From NCBI GenBank assembly GCA_963735035.1, contig CAVTJJ010000003.1:140489-204488 (forward strand): a DNA stretch of 64,000 nt, in the 5' to 3' direction. Positions 10,556 through 20,880 of the stretch are shown here, piece by piece. The position numbers and the translations under genes were made by a program. The number at the start of each line of letters is the position of its first letter. Positions within the stretch are counted from its first letter, which is position 1. A model generated the notes under the pieces. The model did not search any database. It saw only the letters and a list, made by a program, of their open reading frames with translations, and was not told where the DNA came from. Source of the DNA: an uncultured candidate division Zixibacteria bacterium. Lineage in GTDB: Bacteria; Zixibacteria; MSB-5A5; GN15; FEB-12.

Positions 10556-11566
10556 CTACCGCTTCAGGAATTGCCGATAGAGCTGGTCACTGATCATGTA
10601 CGGATTGGTCTGGCCGGTGCGAATCTGCTCGATCGCTTTGTCCAACTCGGACTCGTCGGCCAGATGACTGATGAATTCACCCTGAAACCGGTGAATGAGG
10701 ATGTTGAGAATCTTCTTCCGCAGGCGGCGGCGGCGGTTCCGGTCGAACAATCCTGATTCTCGACTGTGTTCGAGATATCCGTTGATAGCCGCAAACAGGG
10801 CGTCGACATTCTTGCCGGAAGTTGCCTCGGTCTGGATAATCGGAATGGTATGATCTTCGCCATTGTCATGGCTGACCAGCGTGTGCCGCTGGGTTGTCAG
10901 TCCACTGGCCGCGTGTCGGGCGCGGGATACCATCAACTGGGTTTCGAGCGTATGGCGCAGGTCGGCGGCGAGACGTTCTGCCCCCGGACGGTCGGCCTTG
11001 TTGAGACAGAAAATGTCGGCGATTTCCATCAAACCGGCTTTGAGCATCTGGACAGCATCGCCCGACTCCGGCACAATGACGACCACGACCACATCGCAGG
11101 TATCGATAATGTCGAGCTCTACCTGTCCGACTCCGACCGTTTCGATCAAAGTGATATCGAATCCAAAGGCATCGTAGAGAATCGCCACGTTGTCGGTGGC
11201 CGCGGCCAGTCCACCGGTGGCGCCACGAGTGGCCATCGAGCGGAAATAGATGCGGCCGTCGATAGGAAAATCATTCATCCGGACCCGGTCACCCAGAAGC
11301 GCCCCACCGGTAAAGGGCGAAGTCGGGTCAACCGCAACGATGCCGATCTTCTTATTCTGATTCAGGAATTGGCGGGCCAGACCGTTGACGAGAGTCGATT
11401 TGCCTGCGCCGGGAGGACCGGTGACACCGATTCGGAGCGAATGTCCCGCTTTCGAATAGAGCCGCCCGAGCAGGTCCTGAAAACCCTCACCCCGGTTCTC
11501 GACATGGGACACCAGCCGCGACAGCGCCCGAATGTCCCCTTGCTCGAACCGCTCCAGAAGAGTCAT
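10556..11566 (-). CDS. meaB: Methylmalonyl-CoA mutase-associated G-protein chaperone MeaB/ArgK
   Basis: 336 aa. P-loop GVTGPPGAGKSTLV, then ETVGVGQ and the NKAD G4 motif. Sits in a mutase gene neighbourhood. Confidence 0.85.
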   Translation of the reverse strand: MTLLERFEQGDIRALSRLVSHVENRGEGFQDLLGRLYSKAGHSLRIGVTGPPGAGKSTLVNGLARQFLNQNKKIGIVAVDPTSPFTGGALLGDRVRMNDFPIDGRIYFRSMATRGATGGLAAATDNVAILYDAFGFDITLIETVGVGQVELDIIDTCDVVVVVIVPESGDAVQMLKAGLMEIADIFCLNKADRPGAERLAADLRHTLETQLMVSRARHAASGLTTQRHTLVSHDNGEDHTIPIIQTEATSGKNVDALFAAINGYLEHSRESGLFDRNRRRRLRKKILNILIHRFQGEFISHLADESELDKAIEQIRTGQTNPYMISDQLYRQFLKR

Positions 11567-11569
11567 GGC

Positions 11570-13315
11570 TCAGTATCCGGTTGTGAACTCTCCGACGGTC
11601 GGTTTGATGTCACGCACCCGCATCTGCACTTTGGTGACACCGCGATAGGTATTGAACTCCAGAGCGTAGACTACATCCACCAGACAGCCCCGATCCGATA
11701 AATCGCGGGCCATGTGGCCAAAACCGAATCCGATAACGTCGACCACGGCGCCATCCTTGCCGAGCTGCATCTTCAGGTGATTGCTTCCCACGACATAAGG
11801 CACGTCGATGATTTCGCAGTTGCGGGTCAGGAATATGGGGCGCATGTTTTGCGGACCAAACGGCGCGAATTGCTCAAGCAGACGGACGAATTCTTCGGTG
11901 ATATCATCCAGTCCGATTTCCAGATCGATGTTTAACTTGGGAGTGGTATCCTCCAGCGTGAGGTTTTGCCGGGAAACCTCTCTGAACAGATCGCGAAAGG
12001 CCGGGATATTCTCCGACTTGATCGAAAGCCCGGCGGCGTACTTGTGACCACCATAGCGCATCAAAAGATGTTCGCACTGCTTGAGAGCTTCACACAGGTG
12101 GAATCCGGGTATCGAGCGAGCCGAACCTTTGCCTTCGCCGTCGCTAATCGCGATCATGACGGTCGGCAGATGATAGCGTTCCACCAGACGACTGGCGACA
12201 ATCCCGATAACCCCCTGATGCCACCCCTCAGCGGAAAGCACGATCGCCTTGTCCTGTTCCAAATCAACCGTCTGTTCCATCTGGGCGAGTGCTTCCTGAA
12301 GCGTTTGCTCGTCAATCTCTTTGCGGCGGCGGTTTTCGCTGTCGAGTTTGCGGGCGATATCGGACGCCAGACGTTCGTCGCGCGTGGCCAGCAGGCGGGC
12401 CGCTTGACGGGCGTCACCCAGGCGGCCGATGGCGTTGAGGCGCGGCGCCAGGATAAATACCACCTGACCGGTGCCGATCTCTTTGCCCATCAAACCCGAT
12501 ACAAAAGCAAGCGACTTGATGCCCGGTTTGGTAGTGCGGGCTATCTGCTTGATTCCGAACTTGGTCAGCACGCGGTTTTCATCCACGAGCGGAACAATAT
12601 CCGCGGATGTGCCCAGCGCCACGAGATCGAGATGTTCATGAAGTTCGTTTTCGTCCTGGCCGAGCCTCCGGTAAAGCGCCTGAGCGAATTTGTAGGCCAC
12701 CCCGACTCCCGACAATTCACCGCCGTAATCGCACGCCGACTGTTTGGGATTGATGATCGCCAGCGCTGCAGGAAGCGCATCGGCCGGTTCATGATGATCG
12801 GTCACGACCACATCGATACCGATCGACGTTGCATATTTGATCTCTTCCACCGCGGTGATACCGGTATCGACCGTCACTACCAGAGACACACCGGCCTTCT
12901 TGGCCAGGTCAATCCCCTCGGTCGAAAGGCCGTACCCTTCGGTCAGACGATTGGGCAGGTAGAAATCGGCGTTGGCTCCGAGCTTGTTTAGAACGAGATA
13001 CAGGAGCGCGGTGGCCGTGATGCCGTCGACATCGTAATCGCCGTAGATAAGGATCTTCTCGTTGTTATAGAGGGCCTTGGTGAGACGGTCGATGCCCAGA
13101 TCCATACCACTCATTTCAAACGGATCTTTGAGATCGGCCAGACTCGGTTCGAGAAAGGTGTGGATAGATGCGGGCGTGTCCAGGCCACGGTTGACGAGAA
13201 TCTTGACTATGTTCTTGGGCAGACTGGTATCTATAACCAGTTGGTCCACTAGCCGGAAATCAGGAGTACCGGCCAGTTCCCACCGGGGAGAAGCGGTCTT
13301 GTGAGCCAGGCTCAT
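11570..13315 (-). CDS. recJ: Single-stranded-DNA-specific exonuclease RecJ
   Basis: 581 aa with DHH-family motifs: IYGDYDVDGITA, VTVDTGI, VVVTDHHEP, GGHKYAAG (DHHA1). Confidence 0.9.
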   Translation of the reverse strand: MSLAHKTASPRWELAGTPDFRLVDQLVIDTSLPKNIVKILVNRGLDTPASIHTFLEPSLADLKDPFEMSGMDLGIDRLTKALYNNEKILIYGDYDVDGITATALLYLVLNKLGANADFYLPNRLTEGYGLSTEGIDLAKKAGVSLVVTVDTGITAVEEIKYATSIGIDVVVTDHHEPADALPAALAIINPKQSACDYGGELSGVGVAYKFAQALYRRLGQDENELHEHLDLVALGTSADIVPLVDENRVLTKFGIKQIARTTKPGIKSLAFVSGLMGKEIGTGQVVFILAPRLNAIGRLGDARQAARLLATRDERLASDIARKLDSENRRRKEIDEQTLQEALAQMEQTVDLEQDKAIVLSAEGWHQGVIGIVASRLVERYHLPTVMIAISDGEGKGSARSIPGFHLCEALKQCEHLLMRYGGHKYAAGLSIKSENIPAFRDLFREVSRQNLTLEDTTPKLNIDLEIGLDDITEEFVRLLEQFAPFGPQNMRPIFLTRNCEIIDVPYVVGSNHLKMQLGKDGAVVDVIGFGFGHMARDLSDRGCLVDVVYALEFNTYRGVTKVQMRVRDIKPTVGEFTTGY

Positions 13316-13339
13316 ATGTGCCTCACAGCAGCTGTGAGC

Positions 13340-13715
13340 CAGCGAAAGCAGAAGATAAGCCGAGTTCTGTGCGTCCTGTTGCGCAGGACGGCAGTCATTG
13401 ATCTGGGCGGCCGGTTGCCCGGTCCGCTCCTGCGGCCTACCCGGGAATGGTAGCGGAGCGAATCAACTCCTCTTCCCCTATTTGGCCTTGCTCCGAGCGG
13501 GGTTTACCCACTGCTCCATCTCTGGAGTCAGCCGTGGTCTCTTACACCGCGATTTCACCCTTACCTCCGAACGAGTCGGCGGCGGTATGTTTCTGTGGCA
13601 CTTTCCGTCGGATTACTCCGCCCCGGCGTTACCGGGCGCTCTGATTCTGTGGAGCTCGGACTTTCCTCACTCTAAACGATGTTTAAAGCGCGACTGCTCC
13701 TTCTACTTTCGTCGT
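13340..13715 (-). ncRNA. rnpB: RNase P RNA, bacterial type A
   Basis: The minus strand carries three universal conserved regions. They are GAGGAAAGTCCGAGCTCCACAG (13647-13668), AAGGGTGAAATCGCGGTGTAAGAGACCAC (13534-13562) and ACAGAACTCGGCTTAT (~13355-13370). A P1 helix can form between CGAAAGTAGAA (13701-13711) and TTCTGCTTTCG (13343-13353). Ends are good to about +/-10 nt. Confidence 0.9.
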
Positions 13716-13768
13716 CTCGAGTTAATATATACAAACAAACAACACTTCTCGATTTCATGGCCCACAGC

Positions 13769-15983
<2,215 letters not shown>

Positions 15984-16020
15984 GGGTAATGCCTCCTTAA
16001 TGGGTTGAGTCATAACCAAC

Positions 16021-16063
16021 AAAAAACCGCATTTCCCTGTGATCCGCGGGAAATGCGGTTTTA
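16021..16063 (-). terminator. Rho-independent terminator after the tRNA genes
   Basis: 11-bp perfect stem CCGCATTTCCC (16027-16037) / GGGAAATGCGG (16048-16058). It is followed by T6 on the minus strand and T4 on the plus strand. Confidence 0.7.
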
Positions 16064-16154
16064 ACCTCGCTATTTCGACCAGCCGTCTGTATGCGAATTT
16101 CAGTAATTACGGCTGGAATGAACCTTTTTTTCACGACACTCTTTTTACAATCTA

Positions 16155-16228
16155 TGGGCAATACTGGACTCGAACCAGTGACCTCTCGGATGTGAACCGA
16201 ACGCTCTAACCAGCTGAGCTAATTGCCC
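16155..16228 (-). tRNA. tRNA-Val (anticodon CAC)
   Basis: The minus strand reads GGGCAAT TA GCTC AGCTGGTTA GAGC G TTCGG TTCACAT CCGAG AGGTC ACTGG TTCGAGT CCAGT ATTGCCC A. This folds as a full cloverleaf. CCA is not encoded. Confidence 0.9.
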
Positions 16229-16257
16229 ATTCTTCAGTCCTATCCGTGCCCACAATC

Positions 16258-16331
16258 TGGGCCCAGTAGGACTTGAACCTACGACCCGCTGATTATGAGT
16301 CAGCTGCTCTAACCAACTGAGCTATGGGCCC
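16258..16331 (-). tRNA. Elongator-type tRNA with CAU anticodon (tRNA-Ile2, lysidine type, or tRNA-Met)
   Basis: The minus strand reads GGGCCCA TA GCTC AGTTGGTTA GAGC A GCTGA CTCATAA TCAGC GGGTC GTAGG TTCAAGT CCTAC TGGGCCC A. Bases 1-72 pair and the anticodon stem lacks the 3 G-C run, so it is not an initiator. The TTCAAGTCC T-arm resembles Ile isoacceptors (from memory). Confidence 0.85.
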
Positions 16332-16348
16332 AAATGGCCAAGTCTTGT

Positions 16349-16377
16349 AACTTATGGCCTCAATCATGTTCCGTCAA
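16349..16377 (-). promoter_or_regulatory. Candidate sigma70-type promoter for the tRNA pair
   Basis: The minus strand reads TTGACG (16377-16372), a 17-nt spacer, then TAAGTT (16354-16349). It lies about 18 nt upstream of the tRNA(CAU) 5' end. Confidence 0.45.
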
Positions 16378-16490
16378 GCCGAAATAGACCAAATTGGACG
16401 GTTTTATCAATTGATCGCTAATCCTGAATCAAGAGACCGGCCCGCCATGCGAGGCAGTCATAACGCGTTGTGGGTCAATTGGTTGCGTTC

Positions 16491-17951
16491 CTATTTCTTC
16501 CCCGGATCAGGAATATCCTCGACAATTCCCGCCACCCGGCGCGCCGCCTGTACCTTTTCTTCCAGCTTTGCGGTAGCACCAATCACCAGCTTGGCCCCGT
16601 CGGGCGACCCACCCCCGTGCATGCAGCCGGGCACCCCACCGCCGATCGTGCTCCATTCCACTAACCGGGCGGCCCGGGCGCGCGAATCGGCCGAGTGCTT
16701 TGCCGTTAGATATTTCTTTATCAGGTGACCATACTTTCTCGACTGGAAATCTTTGTACGACGGCATACAGCCGGTTTCGGCGATTCCGCCGGCGATGTCC
16801 TGCGCCAGCACCGAAGTCTCATACGGCAGGGTCGCCACGTGGACTTTGTTGACATTGGACAAAAGCGGGTCGCACAGCCAGGCGCCGGAGGGGTGTTTCT
16901 TGCCTCGCGCCGCTGCCGCTATACCGACCGCGAACGTGGTCTCGTTGTTGATGACCATCCGGGTGACTTTGTCGCGGAAGATTTTGTCGGCGAGGCCGTT
17001 GGTGCGGGCGGTCAGCAGCGCCGAACCGATCTTGATATCCCCCTGCCCCGCCACACAGCCGCCGATTGCGGCGCGATACGGCATGATGAAATAGCTCACC
17101 GCCGGGAGCGCGTATTTTACTTCGCCGCACATGAAGACCCGCTCTTTCGGGACGAATACATCTTCGAAGAACAGGAACGCCTGCGTGATGCCGCCCTCGT
17201 GGACCGGGTTGTCGAACCCTTCTTCTTCGTCGCGGGTGTCGCTCGGGTGGCGGGTTTCGACTATGGTCAGACCTTTGACGTCTCTCGGAATCACGAACGA
17301 AATGGCGCAGTCAGCGTCTTCGTCGCGATAACCTGACCCTGGCAGAACGAAAATCTCATTGGCGGCCGCCACACCGCAGATCATGATTTTCGCTCCGCGA
17401 ACTACGATACCGTCCGGTCGCTTCTCGACCATGTGCAGGAAGACATCTTTGTCGGCTTGCTGCGACGGTGATTTGGTGCGGTCGCCCTTGGCATCGGTGA
17501 GCGCACCGGCGATCGTAATGTCACGCGTTTGAGCATCCTTGAGCCATGTCAAGAAACGCTGGTGATAATCCGTGCCGAGATCGTGGTCCATTTCCCAGGT
17601 CGTAACGAACATGGCATTGAGCGCCGACCATCCGGCGCAGCGCCCGCCGGTGCAGGTGCCGGTGAGGTGAAACATCAACCGCTTCATATCAGAATTGGCG
17701 TACATGTCTTCGGCCGACTGAATGATCGAGAGGTACCGGCTGATCGGCTCGCCGGTCAGATGCGACACGGTCGTGACCTTGTCGCGCAGCTTGTCGTCGT
17801 GGGCCGCCTTGAAAGTCCACCCGTGGCCTTCGACAGTCCGGCGGGTGGCGGGGTGGGTGGTGACGTCCTCAATCAGTTGGTCGAACTTATGGATATTGGG
17901 ACGGAGTTTCTTGAGGGAATCGAGATATTGCTGGTATGTTTTCAGAGCCAT
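16491..17951 (-). CDS. 4-hydroxybutyryl-CoA dehydratase / vinylacetyl-CoA isomerase family protein (HpaB-like fold)
   Basis: 486 aa. Matches to AbfD as I remember it: GALTDAKGDR, MVEKRPDGIVVRGAKIM, HGGGSPDGAKL. This is a family-level call only; see the finding on the cluster-ligand positions. Confidence 0.6.
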   Translation of the reverse strand: MALKTYQQYLDSLKKLRPNIHKFDQLIEDVTTHPATRRTVEGHGWTFKAAHDDKLRDKVTTVSHLTGEPISRYLSIIQSAEDMYANSDMKRLMFHLTGTCTGGRCAGWSALNAMFVTTWEMDHDLGTDYHQRFLTWLKDAQTRDITIAGALTDAKGDRTKSPSQQADKDVFLHMVEKRPDGIVVRGAKIMICGVAAANEIFVLPGSGYRDEDADCAISFVIPRDVKGLTIVETRHPSDTRDEEEGFDNPVHEGGITQAFLFFEDVFVPKERVFMCGEVKYALPAVSYFIMPYRAAIGGCVAGQGDIKIGSALLTARTNGLADKIFRDKVTRMVINNETTFAVGIAAAARGKKHPSGAWLCDPLLSNVNKVHVATLPYETSVLAQDIAGGIAETGCMPSYKDFQSRKYGHLIKKYLTAKHSADSRARAARLVEWSTIGGGVPGCMHGGGSPDGAKLVIGATAKLEEKVQAARRVAGIVEDIPDPGKK

Positions 17952-18072
17952 CTGTAGTCTCCTGTGAAGCCAAAACCTTCATCGCAGGGAGAATATAGCT
18001 CTTGTAGGTCGAATTCGCCGCATGGATTTTTTGAGCGGCAAAACGGACATCCAGTAATGAATTATCGTGGGC

Positions 18073-18131
18073 GGCAGACGTCCTCGTCTGCCCCGTCTAC
18101 GCTCTGGTGCCCCACCGCTTGCGGTGGGTGG
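18073..18131. repeat. Two REP-like hairpins, including a diverged copy of the RAYT-flanking REP
   Basis: GGCAGACGTCCTCGTCTGCC+CCGTCTAC (18073-18100) and GGTGCCCCACCGCTTGCGGTGGGTGG (18106-18131). The second matches GGTGCCCCAGCGCTTGCGCTGGGA at 24487, with paired changes on both stem arms. Confidence 0.7.
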
Positions 18132-18561
18132 AGAACGCGCGGATTGAATATTTCATTTAGGCAAGATTGAACCGGACCCCAACTTGGCTACCTGATTTGC
18201 CATTGACGGAGTGGCAATTCTGAGACATGGTGACTCCAAAATCTGTCTCCGATTCGCAACTGCCTGACTCGAGCTGACCCGATATCGCTATGGTATCGTA
18301 CTGCGAAGCAGCAAGTTGTGATTTCATTCCAATCCGGCATCCACATTGCAGTCGCGGAAGACGAAGTGAAGCCCGAGGATAGTACCGCAGACCAAATTGT
18401 GTGCGAAGAGCGTGACTATTCGGCTTTGTGAGTGGGAGCGACATATGCTCAAAACAGCTTGTTGTCTACTTGCGATAAGAGTATGCGAGCCTGCACGGAG
18501 AATCTGTTTGATAATGCGGGCTTCAACAGTTCAGATCAACGGAACGTGTGTCAGAAATCCA

Positions 18562-20880
18562 ATGAATGCGAATGCGTTCGTTCTGACGCTGATAATACTC
18601 GCGAGTATGATCTCCGTACCAAAGTGCGGCGCTCAAGATGATTTCGGGGAGAGTATTAGCACCGTCTCCTATTGTGACAGCACCAATCAGTGGCTCGCCG
18701 GTTTCTGGATAAGCACGGACACGGCCTCCACTTCGAGACAATCCCGGCAGGAATCTGAATTGTCAGGTAGGCTGATGATCGAACTAGTCGGAGTGACCGG
18801 CATCAACATCATGCACAACAGCGGCGGATTTTATCTACCATCGTTCGAAATTGATTTTGACAGCATAGTCTGCGGCCACGCTTTTGCCCGCCATGAACTG
18901 GAGGTGTCGACCAGCACTCGAGACGAGCACTGGTCGCAATTCTGGCAGGACCTGGGGTACCCCAGTTACAAAGGGACCGTTCTCCTCCAGGCAAGCGGAG
19001 GCGAAGATAAGTACGAGTTCATTTTGTCGGATCCGGTTGACAGTATTCCTCGACGCCTGACCCTGGTGATACAGTGCGATCGCTGGAGTGCGAGCGAGAC
19101 AGACAAAGCGCTGAATTATTCTTCATCTGACGTTCTGGTGTACAGTTTCACCCGCGGTACAGATACGAGTACAACCGACTGCACGACACCGGCTTGGAGT
19201 GGACTGTCGGACGTGGAATCAAGGGGCAGCGAAGTCTTTGCCACGTCGGATAAGGGACTCTTCGTATTTGACATCCAAACCCCAGCCTCTCCGCAATTTG
19301 TGTCCTTTGTCAAGTCCGAGGCGGTGACGGATCTTTACGTCACGATATGCGACAGCACACACGTCTGTGTGTACCCAAAATTCTGGCAAATGCACGATCT
19401 TCAGATCATAGACGTGAGTAATCGACGCCAACCGCAATTGTGCGGCCGATATGTGTTCTCTGTCGCAACTGCCGACGACGATCCGGCGCGACTTCTGGAC
19501 CTGGCCTCAATTGACCGAACCATCTATGCTCTTATCGGGACGACGAAGAAGAGATACTTACAGGTACTGACAACTGTCGATTATTCGTCCATCACCCTTA
19601 GTTCAAGCATAGAATTATCTCGGAAATGCGACCGAATCGCGGTGAACGACCGGATTTTCGCCGTCGCCGGAGATGACGGCCTGTTTGTATACGACAGGAA
19701 TGCGCTTGAAGCGATGACCAGCGGAGCGAAACCGCTCAGCGGAGACAAACCACTCAAAGGAAGATTCACCGGCATTCTGGTATTGAATGACAGTACAATT
19801 GTCGGCATCAAGAAATCGGCACTCGAGGTCATACACTCTGACGGCCCGACCCTCTTGACGGTCGGCAAGTGCAAACTTGAGTCCGAGACGGCCTACTATT
19901 ACAAGGCCCGGGGTAATCTGGTCATAGTCGATCAGGACATCGTCGACTGCTCGATCCTGGAACGGCCGGTTCTGCAATCCAGCTATTTTCTTTTCGACGA
20001 TCCGCTTTCAATAGCGGGCCAATATGCTTGTGTAGCGACGCCCCTCGGACTGGACGTATATGACATTTCGGATCCGACAAAACCTGTCTCAGTCGGGAAA
20101 TATGACGAGGAGGTCTACCGGAACCTGACTGATCCTGACCGCATAAACGCCAGGCGGCTGGTCCAGTCAGCGGAAGCTGGAGATCTTCAGGCCCAATATG
20201 AACTGGGTTGGTGTTATGCCGAGGGTCGGGGGGTTGAGACGGACGCAGAAACCGCTCGAATGTGGATCCGGAAAGCAGCCGATGGAGGATTCGCCAAAGC
20301 TGAGTACGATCTGTTTCTGTACGGCCTCGAAACCTTCCCCGTCGACACTTCAGCCAATTTTCAGTATTGCCGAAGAGCAGCGGATCACGGATCAATTGAA
20401 GCCGAGTACGCGCTGGGGAAATGCTATTTGACCGGCTACGGCCTGAGTATTGACACGGCCCAGGCTGAAGCTGTCTTTCAACGACTTGCACAGACCGGTG
20501 ACCCAGATGCTATGGTTCAGCTCTTTGATCTTAGGCAGGAGAAAGCGCGGACTGCGTCCGATACTGCGGATGTTTTGAGCTGGGCCCGGCAGGCTGCCAG
20601 CCATATGTCTCCAGCAGGTCAATATCGACTTGGGCTGTGCTATTTCGATGGCTTTGGAGTTCAAGAGTCGGTCACTGAGGCTGTCCGACTTATTCGATTC
20701 GCAGCCGACAAAGGGTATGCCTTTGCTCAGACCGAACTGGGAATATGTTACGATGAAGGGCGCGGCGTGGAACAAGACAAAGCAGAAGCGATGAAGTGGC
20801 TTCAGAAGGCCGCCGACCAAAATGATTTGCGCGCACGAGGGCTCATCCTTGTGCATCAACTGCGTCAACAAGACCAATGA
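18562..20880 (+). CDS. Secreted protein: N-terminal LVIVD-repeat (beta-propeller-like) region fused to C-terminal Sel1/TPR-like repeats
   Basis: I chose the start at ATG 18562 (MNANAFVLTLIILASMISVPKCGAQ, a signal peptide). LVIVD-like units are GLFVFDIQTPASPQF, LQIIDVSNRRQPQL and GLDVYDISDPTKPV. About 6-7 Sel1 units follow (AQYELGWCYAEGRGVETDAETARMWIRKAADGG, AEYALGKCYLTGYGL, GQYRLGLCYFDGFGV, AQTELGICYDEGRGVEQDKAEAMKWLQKAA). Confidence 0.65.
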   Translation: MNANAFVLTLIILASMISVPKCGAQDDFGESISTVSYCDSTNQWLAGFWISTDTASTSRQSRQESELSGRLMIELVGVTGINIMHNSGGFYLPSFEIDFDSIVCGHAFARHELEVSTSTRDEHWSQFWQDLGYPSYKGTVLLQASGGEDKYEFILSDPVDSIPRRLTLVIQCDRWSASETDKALNYSSSDVLVYSFTRGTDTSTTDCTTPAWSGLSDVESRGSEVFATSDKGLFVFDIQTPASPQFVSFVKSEAVTDLYVTICDSTHVCVYPKFWQMHDLQIIDVSNRRQPQLCGRYVFSVATADDDPARLLDLASIDRTIYALIGTTKKRYLQVLTTVDYSSITLSSSIELSRKCDRIAVNDRIFAVAGDDGLFVYDRNALEAMTSGAKPLSGDKPLKGRFTGILVLNDSTIVGIKKSALEVIHSDGPTLLTVGKCKLESETAYYYKARGNLVIVDQDIVDCSILERPVLQSSYFLFDDPLSIAGQYACVATPLGLDVYDISDPTKPVSVGKYDEEVYRNLTDPDRINARRLVQSAEAGDLQAQYELGWCYAEGRGVETDAETARMWIRKAADGGFAKAEYDLFLYGLETFPVDTSANFQYCRRAADHGSIEAEYALGKCYLTGYGLSIDTAQAEAVFQRLAQTGDPDAMVQLFDLRQEKARTASDTADVLSWARQAASHMSPAGQYRLGLCYFDGFGVQESVTEAVRLIRFAADKGYAFAQTELGICYDEGRGVEQDKAEAMKWLQKAADQNDLRARGLILVHQLRQQDQ

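Noticed and set aside
9897-10756. Track ORFs 9897..10511 (204 aa), 10087..10308 and 10214..10756 as protein genes
   Set aside because: They are read through palindromic tandem repeats. The internal protein duplication simply mirrors the 234-bp DNA repeat. The composition is Arg/Ala/Pro-rich, there is no RBS, and ORFs are open on both strands, as expected for GC-rich palindromes.
18157-18444. ORF 18157..18444 (95 aa) as a degraded outer-membrane barrel fragment (C-terminal ...VGVRFNLA)
   Set aside because: The resemblance is only a vague beta-strand-like ending. There is no signal peptide, no RBS, it is too short, and it lies in a long non-coding leader.
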